From contig CBDHEC010000017.1 in assembly GCA_965261975.1 (NCBI GenBank), positions 1 to 64,000 on the forward strand: 64,000 nt of DNA, in the 5' to 3' direction. The position numbers and the translations under genes are program-made. The stretch's first letter is position 1; every line of letters starts with the position of its first letter. Source of the DNA: Alphaproteobacteria bacterium. Its GTDB lineage: Bacteria > Pseudomonadota > Alphaproteobacteria > UBA6615. The notes under the pieces are model-generated. The model searched no databases. It was not told where the DNA came from and saw only the letters and a list, made by a program, of their open reading frames with translations. This document shows positions 21,127-30,559 of the stretch, piece after piece.

Positions 21127-22200
21127 ATGATCCAGCGAAAGTATTTGATTCCCGTCGGCGTGATCACCCTGCTGGTGACCATCTGGACAATTGGATGGTT
21201 CTGGTTCGCCCGGGAAATCCAGACCGGCATGCAGGAATTCGCGGCCCAACACAACGGTACGCCGGCCCGTATTTCCTGGGACGGGGTGCGAATCTCGGGC
21301 TATCCGAACCGGCTGAACACCCATATCGCACAACCCCGCGGCAGCTGGTCGGGCCCGGACGGTGATATCAGCTGGGCGGGCGCGGACGCGATTCTGGGAT
21401 TCTTCAAGGATGGCGGGCGCACGGTATCCTTCCGGGCCCCGGGCGCACATGATTTCACGCTGCGCGCCGACGGCACGGAAAGATCGATGTCCGCCCTCAC
21501 TCAGGGGTTTCGCGGCCGATTGGATTTCGATGGCAACGGTCAGGCAACGGGACTGCGCGGGCTGGCGACCGGCCTTGATATAAAGATTGATGACAATCCG
21601 ACAACGCGCCTCGACCGCGCCGCGTTCGACTGGTCCCAAACGGGCACGCGCGGCAACGCTTCCGCAGACGAAGTTCATCCTGATTCCATCGGCCAATCCC
21701 TGACATTCTCCTTGTCGGGCGTGTCTCTGGCCTCGGCCAAACTTGATCCGAACCTCGTGGATATGCTCGGCCGTGATCTCGATCAGCTGGCGGGGCAGTT
21801 TTCTGTCCGCGGCCGGCTCAACCCGACTGACTTGTCGCCCGATGGGCTGACACGCTGGCGCGACGCGGGTGGAACCCTCGAACTCACGGATTTTTCGCTG
21901 GCCTGGGGACCGCTACAGATCGCCGGTGACGGAACGCTCGCCGTCGATGACGCCCTGCAGCCCGTCGGTGCTTTCACGGCACAGATCGCCGGCCTGGACC
22001 GGGTGGTCAGTCTGCTCGAGAAAACCGGGCAGATGCGTCCGCAACAGGCTGCGATTGCGCGGATCGCGTTGGCGGTGCTGACCCGTGCGCCTGCAAATGG
22101 CGGGGCGCCGCAAGCCCGGGTCCCGGTTTCAATCCAGGACCGGCAGCTATCGATCGGCCCGATCCCGCTTCTGCGGCTGCCAACCGTTCACTGGGACTAG
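21127..22200 (+). CDS. DUF2125 domain protein
   Basis: N-terminal TM with W..GWF, SGYPNRL, WRDAGGTLE, G.G.LAVD..LQP.G, GPIPL. Confidence 0.8.
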   Translation: MIQRKYLIPVGVITLLVTIWTIGWFWFAREIQTGMQEFAAQHNGTPARISWDGVRISGYPNRLNTHIAQPRGSWSGPDGDISWAGADAILGFFKDGGRTVSFRAPGAHDFTLRADGTERSMSALTQGFRGRLDFDGNGQATGLRGLATGLDIKIDDNPTTRLDRAAFDWSQTGTRGNASADEVHPDSIGQSLTFSLSGVSLASAKLDPNLVDMLGRDLDQLAGQFSVRGRLNPTDLSPDGLTRWRDAGGTLELTDFSLAWGPLQIAGDGTLAVDDALQPVGAFTAQIAGLDRVVSLLEKTGQMRPQQAAIARIALAVLTRAPANGGAPQARVPVSIQDRQLSIGPIPLLRLPTVHWD

Positions 22201-22201
22201 A

Positions 22202-23167
22202 TCAGCCGTCTTCGGACGGCTTGCCGTTCTCGGTGTATTGGAACCGCCCGGCCTGGCGCGCCTCGATAACACCCCGGCGAATATCGCGCGTGCGGGTGAA
22301 CAGCTCGAACAGGGCGTCGCCATCATCCTTGCGGATCGCACGCTGCAGGGCCGTCAAATCTTCGGTAAACCGGCCGAGCATCTCGAGCACCGCATCCTTG
22401 TTGAGCAGGAAGACGTCGCGCCACATGACAGGATCGGAAGCCGCGATCCGCGTGAAATCACGGAACCCGCCGGCCGAGTATTTGATCACCTCACGGGTGG
22501 TCACCACCTCGTCGTCTTGCGGCTTTGCTTCCAGTTCTTTCTCGAGGTCCGCGGCGGTGGCAACGATGGTGAAAGCAATCAGATGCGGCAGATGACTGGT
22601 GATCGCCAGCACGCGGTCATGATGCTCGGCATCCATGACCTCGACATCCGCCCCCATTCCCTGCCAGAGCCGCGACAGTCGCTCAACCGCGTCGGCATCG
22701 GCGTTGGGCGGCGGGGTTAAAATCGAGAACCGGTTCTGGAACAGCTCGGCGAAACCGGATTCCGGCCCGGAATGCTCCGTACCCGCAACGGGATGCCCCG
22801 GCACCAGGTGCACATTGTCAGGAATATGCGGTGCCATTGCCTTGATGACCGAGCCCTTGACCGACCCCACATCGGTGACGATTGCTCCCGGCTTCAGATG
22901 CCCCGCCATCGCCGCCGCGACGGCGCCGACGGCACCCACCGGCGTCGCGACGATGATCAGGTCCGCATCGTCCACGGCGGCGGCAATGTCGGCATGCATG
23001 CTGTCGACAATATCGAGTGCATCGGCGCGCGCGCGCACGTCCGCATCGGCATCGTGACAGGCGACATGTGCCGCCAGCCCGTTCGCCCGGATCGCATGGG
23101 CCAGGGACGAGCCGATCAGGCCGATCCCGATGATGGCCACCCGGTCAAATATCCGTGTATCGCTCAT
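22202..23167 (-). CDS. tyrA: Prephenate/arogenate (cyclohexadienyl) dehydrogenase
   Basis: GIGLIGSS, TDVGSVK, GHPVAGTE.SGP, HD..LA.TSHLPH, GGFRDFTRIA. Confidence 0.93.
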   Translation of the reverse strand: MSDTRIFDRVAIIGIGLIGSSLAHAIRANGLAAHVACHDADADVRARADALDIVDSMHADIAAAVDDADLIIVATPVGAVGAVAAAMAGHLKPGAIVTDVGSVKGSVIKAMAPHIPDNVHLVPGHPVAGTEHSGPESGFAELFQNRFSILTPPPNADADAVERLSRLWQGMGADVEVMDAEHHDRVLAITSHLPHLIAFTIVATAADLEKELEAKPQDDEVVTTREVIKYSAGGFRDFTRIAASDPVMWRDVFLLNKDAVLEMLGRFTEDLTALQRAIRKDDGDALFELFTRTRDIRRGVIEARQAGRFQYTENGKPSEDG

Positions 23168-24255
23168 GCGCCCTCAACAAACGCGCGCAGCGCTTCCAGG
23201 ACATCGCGCATCTCGTCGCGCGTGCCGATTGACATGCGCACCCAGTCGGGCAGGCCATAGCCGGCCACGCGGCGAGTCACGATCCCGCGGTCGAATAAAA
23301 ACCGGTAGGCCGCCTCGGCGTTCCGGTCGCCATCGGGATCGAAACGGACGATCACGAAGTTGCCCACCGACGGATTGACCGTGAGACCGAGCGCCTCGAC
23401 CTCTGCCGTGAACCAGGGCAAGAGCTCGGCGTTGAGATCGCGCGAGCGCGCGGTGTGTTCGACATCGTCAAGCGCCGCGATACCCGCCGCAATCGCCGGC
23501 GCGGACACGTTGAACGGCGGTCGCACGCGGTCGAGAATCTCGATGATCTCGGCGGGGCCATAGGCCCAGCCGATGCGCAGGCTCGCGAGCGCATAAATCT
23601 TCGAGAACGTCCGCGTCATCACCACATTCGACGCCTCACGCACCAGCGCGATGCCCGGGTCATAGTCCGGCTCCGTCACATATTCAGCGTAGGCTGCGTC
23701 GAGGACCAGCAGCACATCTTCCGGCAGGCCCGCATGCAAACGGCGCAACGCATCGTCGCCGAGATAGCTGCCGGTCGGATTGTTCGGGTTGGCGAGGAAC
23801 ACGATCTTGGTACGTTCATTCACCCGGTCCAGGATCGCATCCACGTCAGCCGTCAGATCGGTTTCGGGTGCCGCCACGGGTGTCGCACCGACCCCACGCG
23901 TGGCGATCGGATACATGGTGAAACCATGTTCGCTGTAGATGGTCTCGTCGCCGGGCCCGGCATAGGCCAGCGCGAGCAAGTCGATAAGTTGGTCCGAGCC
24001 GCAGCCGCAGATGATGCGCTCGACCTCAAGCCCATGATGCGCGGCGAGCGCCAGCCGCAGGCTCCGCGCATCGATCTCGGGATAGCGGTGCATCTCCTCG
24101 CTGGACGCAGAATATGCCTCCATCGCACGCCAAGATGGCCCAAACGCGCTTTCGTTCGAGCTGATGACTATGCGGTCCGCGCCGCCTGATCCGACCTCGC
24201 TACCGGCGTAGGGCGTAATCTGGAGCACGCCGGGTTTGGCTTTTGGCGGTGCCAC
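23164..24255 (-). CDS. hisC: Histidinol-phosphate aminotransferase
   Basis: SSNE, RYP, NPNNPTG, DAAYAEY, RTFSKIY.LA.LRIG; GTG start. Confidence 0.92.
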   Translation of the reverse strand: MAPPKAKPGVLQITPYAGSEVGSGGADRIVISSNESAFGPSWRAMEAYSASSEEMHRYPEIDARSLRLALAAHHGLEVERIICGCGSDQLIDLLALAYAGPGDETIYSEHGFTMYPIATRGVGATPVAAPETDLTADVDAILDRVNERTKIVFLANPNNPTGSYLGDDALRRLHAGLPEDVLLVLDAAYAEYVTEPDYDPGIALVREASNVVMTRTFSKIYALASLRIGWAYGPAEIIEILDRVRPPFNVSAPAIAAGIAALDDVEHTARSRDLNAELLPWFTAEVEALGLTVNPSVGNFVIVRFDPDGDRNAEAAYRFLFDRGIVTRRVAGYGLPDWVRMSIGTRDEMRDVLEALRAFVEGA

Positions 24256-25128
24256 CTATTTATCTCCTGTTGTGCTGTCGGGCACGTACGGTCGGGCAAA
24301 CGCGCCCAGCAAACGGACATTCGAGGCCTCCAGCATCATGGCAACGGCCTGGATGCGATCGTCGTCGGCGTCGATGAAGCCGTCCAGTTCGACGATATGG
24401 ATACGCGCGTCAGCCGCGTGGGGATCGTCGGTGACGGCCTGGGCCGCGACCGTTAGGCCGCTCTCGGCGCATGCATCGCCCACCCGCGCACGGCTTGCCG
24501 GCTTGGAGCAGGTGAACATCAACAGGCTGCGGTCATCACCGGATTCCTCCGGCACGCCACGGGCCAGGACTAGTGCGCCAACGGAAGCCCCACCGGCCGC
24601 ATCCGCCACGTCGTCAAACCAGGGCAGGCGCGCGACCACATACACATCCGACGCGTCGCGAATATCGCCCCACCAACCCGGCGCATCCGCAGCTTCGGGC
24701 AGCGGCACCAGACCGACCGAAATCTCGCCACGATGGACAGCGGAGACAACGTGGGATGCCGATTCGAAACGCTGCGTGGACGTGTCCAGACCGAAATGTC
24801 CGTTCGCAAGGCGCAGCGCGGAACCATGTCCTTCGATCGGGCAATAACCAACAGTCAGCCGCCCCTGGATCCGGATCGACGCGGCAATGATTTCGCGCCA
24901 GAGACGGACGATGGAGGCGTGAGACAAATCACCCCGATGGCGCGTCAGCAACCGGTGCAGCAGTTGGGCCTCACGTGCCGGGCGAAACGTGACCTGACCA
25001 TCAACAGCCTTGCGACGGCCGATCTCAGACACGACTTCACCACGCCGCATCAGCAGATCATGCAGCTGCTCATCGATCGAATCGATCTCGCGGCGCAACG
25101 CCGCCAGGTCGTCTGGCGCGGGGCTCAT
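24256..25128 (-). CDS. Chorismate mutase with C-terminal extension
   Basis: L..LRREIDSIDEQL..LL.RR, RPAREA, WREII; first gene of the CM-hisC-tyrA operon. Confidence 0.85.
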   Translation of the reverse strand: MSPAPDDLAALRREIDSIDEQLHDLLMRRGEVVSEIGRRKAVDGQVTFRPAREAQLLHRLLTRHRGDLSHASIVRLWREIIAASIRIQGRLTVGYCPIEGHGSALRLANGHFGLDTSTQRFESASHVVSAVHRGEISVGLVPLPEAADAPGWWGDIRDASDVYVVARLPWFDDVADAAGGASVGALVLARGVPEESGDDRSLLMFTCSKPASRARVGDACAESGLTVAAQAVTDDPHAADARIHIVELDGFIDADDDRIQAVAMMLEASNVRLLGAFARPYVPDSTTGDK

Positions 25129-25197
25129 TGGCTCACTCTTCCGGGAAATTAGCGGCCAAATATGTATCGCTCCCTCGGGAATTTGGCAAAGAAAACG

Positions 25198-25227
25198 TTG
25201 ACACCCCTCCATGGCCCCACATAGCTA
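25198..25227 (+). promoter_or_regulatory. Candidate sigma70 promoter of metXW
   Basis: TTGACA at 25198-25203 followed 17-18 nt later by ATAGCTA. Confidence 0.45.
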
Positions 25228-25285
25228 TGCCCCCGTTGCGGTTGCGTTTTGCCCCGCAACACTGGCTTCAAATCACGCTCAGACG

Positions 25286-26497
25286 ATGACAAAGCACGAA
25301 CCAGACGGCGCGCAGAGCGCCGGCGAGGCAATCGCAGTTGAACCGGCGGTCACCGACCTTCCGGGCCATCAACTTGTGCTGGGCGCCGATGAACCCCTGC
25401 GGCTCGCGTCGGGCCAGATGCTGGGGCCGTTTACGGTCGCCTACCAGACCTACGGAACACTCAACGACGACAAGTCGAATGCAATACTGGTCTGCCATGC
25501 CCTGACCGGCGACCAGTATGTTGCCGAAACCCATCCCGTGACCGGCAAGGACGGCTGGTGGGGGAGCATCGTCGGCCCGGGACGCACGATCGACACCGAC
25601 AGCTATTTTGTCATCTGCATCAATGTTCTTGGCGGGTGCATGGGAACCGCGGGGCCCAAAGACATCGACCCGCGAACTGGGGGTCCGTTCGGGCTTAATT
25701 TCCCCGTTATCACCATCGCCGACATGGTCGCGGCCCAGAAGCGCGTTATCGAGCATCTGGGCATCACCAGGCTATTCGCCGTCATCGGCGGGTCCATGGG
25801 CGCCATGCAGGCGCTAGAATGGGCGTCGCGCTATCCGGAAATGGTATTCTGCGCGATCCCGATTGCCGGGGCGGCGCGGCACTCGGCTCAGAACATCGCG
25901 TTCCACGAAGTCGGCCGCCAGGCGATCATGGCGGACCCGAACTGGTGCGGTGGCGCTTACTATGGCCAGGATGTCGATCCGGAACGCGGGCTCGCTGTCG
26001 CGCGCATGGCCGCGCACATCACCTATCTTTCCGATTCCGCATTGCATCGAAAGTTCGGGCGCAACCTGCAGGATCGGCAGGAGATCACATTCGGTTTCGA
26101 TGCGGACTTTCAGATCGAGAGCTATTTGCGCCACCAAGGTCGCTCCTTCGTCGAGCGGTTTGACGCGAATTCCTATCTCTACATCACCCGCGCGATGGAT
26201 TATTTCGACCTCGCCGCCGAACATAACGGACTTTTGCCGGCCGCCTTCGAGGGATCACCGGTCCGGTTCTGCCTGGTCAGCTTCACATCCGACTGGCTGT
26301 TCCCGACCGCAGAATCCCGGCAAATCGTCCATGCCCTGAATGCCGTGGCCGCGTCGGTCAGTTTTGTCGAAATCGAAACGGATTCAGGACACGACGCCTT
26401 CCTTCTCGAGGAGCCGGAGTTCTTTCGAATCCTGTCCGGTTTCCTGCGGGGTGCCGCAGACCAGCGCGCGCGGAAAGCAACCGGGGCGAACGCATGA
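25286..26497 (+). CDS. metX: Homoserine O-acyltransferase
   Basis: [42 protein letters not shown]. Confidence 0.95.
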   Translation: MTKHEPDGAQSAGEAIAVEPAVTDLPGHQLVLGADEPLRLASGQMLGPFTVAYQTYGTLNDDKSNAILVCHALTGDQYVAETHPVTGKDGWWGSIVGPGRTIDTDSYFVICINVLGGCMGTAGPKDIDPRTGGPFGLNFPVITIADMVAAQKRVIEHLGITRLFAVIGGSMGAMQALEWASRYPEMVFCAIPIAGAARHSAQNIAFHEVGRQAIMADPNWCGGAYYGQDVDPERGLAVARMAAHITYLSDSALHRKFGRNLQDRQEITFGFDADFQIESYLRHQGRSFVERFDANSYLYITRAMDYFDLAAEHNGLLPAAFEGSPVRFCLVSFTSDWLFPTAESRQIVHALNAVAASVSFVEIETDSGHDAFLLEEPEFFRILSGFLRGAADQRARKATGANA

Positions 26498-27126
26498 ACA
26501 GGCAAGATACAACCGGCGCGGCCCGCATCCGCGTCGACCAGAAACTGATCGCCGATATGGTGACCCCCGGCAGCCGGCTGATCGACGTCGGTTGCGGTGA
26601 TGGCGTGCTGCTGGACCTGCTGGTCCAGGAACGCCAGGTCGACGGACGCGGCATTGAGCTCAGCCAGGAGGGGGTGAACACATGTGTCGCGCGCGGGCTG
26701 GCTGTGGTGCAGGGCGATGCCGAAACCGACCTACACAATTATCCCGACGACGCATTCGATTTCGCCCTCTTGTCGCAAACACTGCCGGCGATCTTCGATG
26801 TAAAGGGCGTGTTGCACGAATTGCTGCGCATCGGCCGCTGTGCCGTGGTCAGTTTTCCCAATTTTGGCTACTGGCGAGTCCGCACCGATTTGCTGTTCCG
26901 CGGTCGCAGCCCCGTCTCGGACAACTTGCCCAACGCCTGGTACGAGTCACCGAACATTCGGTTCTTTACCCTGACGGATTTCATGGACCTTCTGGCCGAA
27001 CTTGATCTCACCGCTCAGCAAATCATTACGATCGATCGGCGCGGCAAGGCACGATCTCACAGCGAGATCGGCCATTGGACTAATCTTCTGACGGAGCAGG
27101 CGATCTTTCTAATCGGCCGGAACTAA
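26494..27126 (+). CDS. metW: Methionine biosynthesis protein MetW
   Basis: [34 protein letters not shown]. Confidence 0.93.
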   Translation: MNRQDTTGAARIRVDQKLIADMVTPGSRLIDVGCGDGVLLDLLVQERQVDGRGIELSQEGVNTCVARGLAVVQGDAETDLHNYPDDAFDFALLSQTLPAIFDVKGVLHELLRIGRCAVVSFPNFGYWRVRTDLLFRGRSPVSDNLPNAWYESPNIRFFTLTDFMDLLAELDLTAQQIITIDRRGKARSHSEIGHWTNLLTEQAIFLIGRN

Positions 27127-27886
27127 TGAACCGCCGAGACGCCTTTGCGGGCGCCATCGCCGTCCCGCCCGCCGGCAATGCGACATAAGACCGACGGCGC
27201 ACTTTCTCGCCCACACTGGCGCCGCCATAGATTTGTTTCGTCGCCTCGACAATCGTCACCCCGCCAACGGGATTGAGCCAGCGCAGCCCCATGCGCTCCC
27301 AGGCCGACGCCGCCGAGAGCCAGAACCGGCGACGCGACGGCGGGAAAAACAGCGCGCGTGAACTGCGAACCGGCGTGAACATCGATTGGCGCAAGGCCTT
27401 GTTGAGCTGCTCTGTCGAGAACGGATACCCATGTCCGAACGGAGTGTGATCCGCGCGTGCCCAGATCGAACGGCGGTTCGGCACGACCACCAGCAGGCGG
27501 CCTCCTTCGGCAAGAACCCGCCACATCTCCCGAAGCATCAAATGGGCGTTCTCGCTGTATTCCAGCCCGTGCACCACGAGGATCCGGTCGACGGAAAGAT
27601 CGGGCAGCGGAATCTCATCCTCGTGGGCGACAAGCGCCAAATTGCGTTCCTCGGTAATCCGCTCGGGCCAGGCCAGAACCCCCATACGTGTCGGCATCAC
27701 CGCTGCCACACGCTCGGCTTCTTCCACGAACGGGGTCAGGTAAGGGGTCGCGTAGCCAAACCCCAACACCCGCATGCCGCGCAGATCCGGCCACAACGTG
27801 CGCAGCTGTCGCCGGATCATACGGCGTGCGATGGACCCCAGGCTGGACGCATAAAAATCGCGCAAATCGACGACATCGAGAATCAT
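27080..27886 (-). CDS. Class I SAM-dependent methyltransferase
   Basis: DVVDLRDFY..LG, LGFGYATPYL, VHGLE, VVPNRR..WAR..TPFG.G.PF; 3' end may be frameshifted. Confidence 0.85.
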   Translation of the reverse strand: MILDVVDLRDFYASSLGSIARRMIRRQLRTLWPDLRGMRVLGFGYATPYLTPFVEEAERVAAVMPTRMGVLAWPERITEERNLALVAHEDEIPLPDLSVDRILVVHGLEYSENAHLMLREMWRVLAEGGRLLVVVPNRRSIWARADHTPFGHGYPFSTEQLNKALRQSMFTPVRSSRALFFPPSRRRFWLSAASAWERMGLRWLNPVGGVTIVEATKQIYGGASVGEKVRRRSYVALPAGGTAMAPAKASRRFISSGRLERSPAPSED

Positions 27887-28038
27887 GGCCGGACGTTAAC
27901 ACAGGAGGCCAAAACGAGAGCTGCAACCGGGGTGCGCGCGCGATTTCGTTCACCCAACCGCGCGTGTAAGCTGTTTCTCATACCCATGAAACAACGCCAC
28001 ATGAACGGTATTCCCAATGCCGACCCAACGAGGACGAT

Positions 28039-28641
28039 ATGAAACTCATTTACTCCGCCGCCTCTCCCTATGCACGCAAGGCCCGAGTAGCCGCGATTGA
28101 AGCCGGGGTCACCGACAAGCTCGAACTCGAGGAAATTCTCCCCTGGGAAGACCCGGACGGGTACCGGGACATCAACCCTGTCGGCAAGGTACCCGCGCTG
28201 GTCCGCGACGACGGTCCGCCGCTCTATCAGTCGACCCTCGTTTGCGAATATCTCGATTCCCAGGGCACGAACAAAATCTATCCCGATCCCGGCCCCGCGC
28301 GCTGGACGGCACTACGCCAGATCGCCGCCGCCGACGGCATACTTGATGCGTCGGTCGGCGTGCGAATGGAAGGCATGTTCCACGAGGGTGACGCAGTCTC
28401 CAGCAAGTTCGTCGAACGGCAGGAACTCTCGGTCAATGCCGCCCTGGACCAACTCGAGGCGGAAGCCGACGACCTGGCCGGACCGGTCACCATCGGACAA
28501 GTAGCGGTGGCCTGCGCGCTGGGCTATCGGGATTTCAGGTTCGCCGAAATAGACTGGCGCACCAGCCGACCCAACCTGGCAAGCTGGTTTGCGACCTTTG
28601 CGGAACGCCCCTCCATGATCGAGACCGACCCCGAAGCCTGA
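28039..28641 (+). CDS. Glutathione S-transferase family protein
   Basis: SPYARK, NPVGKVPAL, S..CEYLD, ALGY..FRF...DWR, RPS. Confidence 0.9.
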   Translation: MKLIYSAASPYARKARVAAIEAGVTDKLELEEILPWEDPDGYRDINPVGKVPALVRDDGPPLYQSTLVCEYLDSQGTNKIYPDPGPARWTALRQIAAADGILDASVGVRMEGMFHEGDAVSSKFVERQELSVNAALDQLEAEADDLAGPVTIGQVAVACALGYRDFRFAEIDWRTSRPNLASWFATFAERPSMIETDPEA

Positions 28642-28667
28642 CGGGCCCGAGTTCCCGTCGTCCGCGT

Positions 28668-29324
28668 CTAGTAGAAGAACGACGTCAGCAGGGCGTAGAC
28701 CCCGAAGCCGGCCAGTACGAACGCGACGATACGGTCCATCCAGAGCTGATACGACCCGTCGACGAACGGACGGAAGGCGTTCGCCGTCGTCGAAAGCGCG
28801 ATCCACCAGAGCGCCGAACCTGCAAACACGCCAGCCACCAGGATCGAGGCGTTGCCAATTGACCGGCCCGCCTCGGTAAACCCGAGGGTCGCCAGCAAGC
28901 CGGCGAACGCGATAAAGGTTATCGGATTGGTAATCGCCAACATGAAGGTCGACAGGAAGTCCTTCACGAGGCTGTGGGTCACAATCCGTTTTTGAATTTT
29001 TTCGTCCGTCCCGTCGGTTACCGGATGCGCCTGAACCATCGCGACCACGGTCCGCAGCGCCAGCAGGAGCAGTATGATGCCACCGACGAGGCGCAACGCC
29101 CCCTGGTGCCCGGTGATCCAGTCCTCGACTGCAGAGATGCCGAATGCGGCGATGGCGCCGTAGAGCGCGTCACCAAAAGCCGCGCCCAGACCGGAAATCA
29201 GGCCATGCATGCGGCCCTGAGACAATGTGCGCTGCACGCACAACACACCAACCGGCCCCACCGGCAATGCGAGGAAAAACCCGAACACAATGCCCTGGAT
29301 CAGAATGTAATCAGTTACGGCCAA
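28668..29324 (-). CDS. LysE family translocator
   Basis: LPVGPVGVLC.QRTL, GLGAAFGDALY, TNPIT, GSALWW; TTG start inferred. Confidence 0.85.
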   Translation of the reverse strand: MAVTDYILIQGIVFGFFLALPVGPVGVLCVQRTLSQGRMHGLISGLGAAFGDALYGAIAAFGISAVEDWITGHQGALRLVGGIILLLLALRTVVAMVQAHPVTDGTDEKIQKRIVTHSLVKDFLSTFMLAITNPITFIAFAGLLATLGFTEAGRSIGNASILVAGVFAGSALWWIALSTTANAFRPFVDGSYQLWMDRIVAFVLAGFGVYALLTSFFY

Positions 29325-29422
29325 AATACTGTGTTCCTGTTCCCCGATAGGCGTCGCTGGACGGCGCGCCCTCCCCCGACCGTTCATAGCAGATTAAGGG
29401 CGCGGTAAAAAACCGGAGGAGA

Positions 29423-30301
29423 TCAGACAATCGGTTGTGCGGCGAAATGTTGCGCCGGCGATACAATCGCGTCGCGCGCAGCAACCAGCTCGAGCTCCGT
29501 GCCGCCCCGCCGCGCCGTCTCCGAAAGAATAGCGAACACGGTGGCCACGCTGTGTTCCAGCGCCCCGGGAAGGGAGTTGCGTGCTGCGATGGAGGCTCCA
29601 AAGAGGGCGCTGAGCAGGTCCCCCGTACCATGCGGTTCCGACGGGAAAACCAGCCGGGGAGTCTCGACGCACCAGGCCTTCGAGTCGTCGAATGCGACCA
29701 CCGCGATAGTCTCCGGATTCAAATCTCGATGGTCGGCGCTGGTCACCATGACGGTGGCACCCGGTCGCATGTGCGACAAAAGCTTGCGCCCGGCTGCGAC
29801 AATGTCACTGACCGGCGCCGCCTTCAGTGCACCGGCTTCAAGACCACACAACAAGGACAATTCGTACAAGTTGGGCGTCGCGATGTCCGCGACGGGAAGC
29901 GCTGCCGTTCGGAAATGATCCGGCAGTGCGCCATCCACATACACGCCGGAACCGTCATCTCCCATTACGGGATCGCAGCAATAGACCATATCGGGATTTT
30001 CGCCCCGGACCTGGCCCACGGCGCGTGTGACCACCGCTGCAAGCGCCGGATTGCCGAGATACCCGGTGACCATCAGGTCACAATTGGGAAAAACCCCGCG
30101 ATGACCGAGACCGCGAATCAGGTCCGCGACGGTCTCGGGCGGCAAGACCTGACCGCCAACATCCGGATAGCCGGCATGGTTTGAGAGGACCGCCGTGGGG
30201 ACGGACCAGACTTCATGCCCAAGACACTGAAGCGGGAATGTGGCGGCCGAATTGCCGACATGGCCAAACACCACCTGAGACTGGATCGAAAGAATATGCA
30301 T
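29423..30301 (-). CDS. pdxY: Pyridoxal kinase
   Basis: ILSIQSQVVFGHVGNSAA, SNHAGY, TGYLG, CDPVMGD, TPNLYEL, GTGDL. Confidence 0.92.
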   Translation of the reverse strand: MHILSIQSQVVFGHVGNSAATFPLQCLGHEVWSVPTAVLSNHAGYPDVGGQVLPPETVADLIRGLGHRGVFPNCDLMVTGYLGNPALAAVVTRAVGQVRGENPDMVYCCDPVMGDDGSGVYVDGALPDHFRTAALPVADIATPNLYELSLLCGLEAGALKAAPVSDIVAAGRKLLSHMRPGATVMVTSADHRDLNPETIAVVAFDDSKAWCVETPRLVFPSEPHGTGDLLSALFGASIAARNSLPGALEHSVATVFAILSETARRGGTELELVAARDAIVSPAQHFAAQPIV

Positions 30302-30350
30302 CGCTGGGTATCGGTTTTGCGCTTGTCGCGGCGCCAGCACAAGAATTCGT

Positions 30351-30380
30351 TTGACCGACGCGAAACGCCATTGATACCTG
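30351..30380 (+). promoter_or_regulatory. Candidate sigma70 promoter of a plus-strand sRNA
   Basis: TTGACC (30351-30356), 18 nt, then TACCTG preceded by TGn; lacks the -7 T. Confidence 0.35.
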
Positions 30381-30386
30381 TCGAAT

Positions 30387-30462
30387 ATTGATCTGCCTGG
30401 ATGCGGAGCCCGGCCAAAGACGCCTGAGAAAGAGCCTGGTGCGAAAGCACCGGGCTCTTTTC
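30387..30462 (+). ncRNA. Candidate ~75-nt sRNA antisense to the 3' hairpin of the large RNA
   Basis: Orphan plus-strand terminator and upstream promoter-like sequence; body 30394-30427 repeats 30524-30552; 5' end inferred. Confidence 0.45.
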
Positions 30463-30552
30463 ATATCCCGATAGGTCTCGCACGACCCGATGCGCAGCTT
30501 GCGGAAATGAAGAAGGCGCCAGGTGCATGGACGCGGAGCCCGTGACGCCTGA
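30394..30552. repeat. Imperfect direct repeat pair (30394-30427 and 30524-30552)
   Basis: TGCCTGGATGCGGAGCCCG-GCCAAA-GACGCCTGA versus TGCATGGACGCGGAGCCCG-T-GACGCCTGA (17/19 plus 9/9 identical). Confidence 0.85.
30429..30462 (+). terminator. Intrinsic terminator, best on plus strand, possibly bidirectional
   Basis: AAAGAGCCTGGTGC-GAAA-GCACCGGGCTCTTT then T; the GAAA loop and U-G wobble both work on +. Confidence 0.8.
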
Positions 30553-30559
30553 CGCCTTC
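30505..30559 (-). terminator. Terminal hairpin / probable terminator of the large RNA
   Basis: RNA GAAGGCGUCAGG...CCUGGCGCCUUC (12 bp, one U-G) followed by UUCAUUU. Confidence 0.6.

Noticed and set aside
27080-27126. 47-bp convergent overlap of metW and the methyltransferase
   Set aside because: An alternative frame ends at 27123 (...RKGVSAVH*) with a typical short overlap, so this is probably another indel error or trivial tail variation.
30394-30552. Direct repeat as a CRISPR array or attL/attR pair
   Set aside because: There are only two imperfect copies, with no cas genes, integrase or tRNA nearby.
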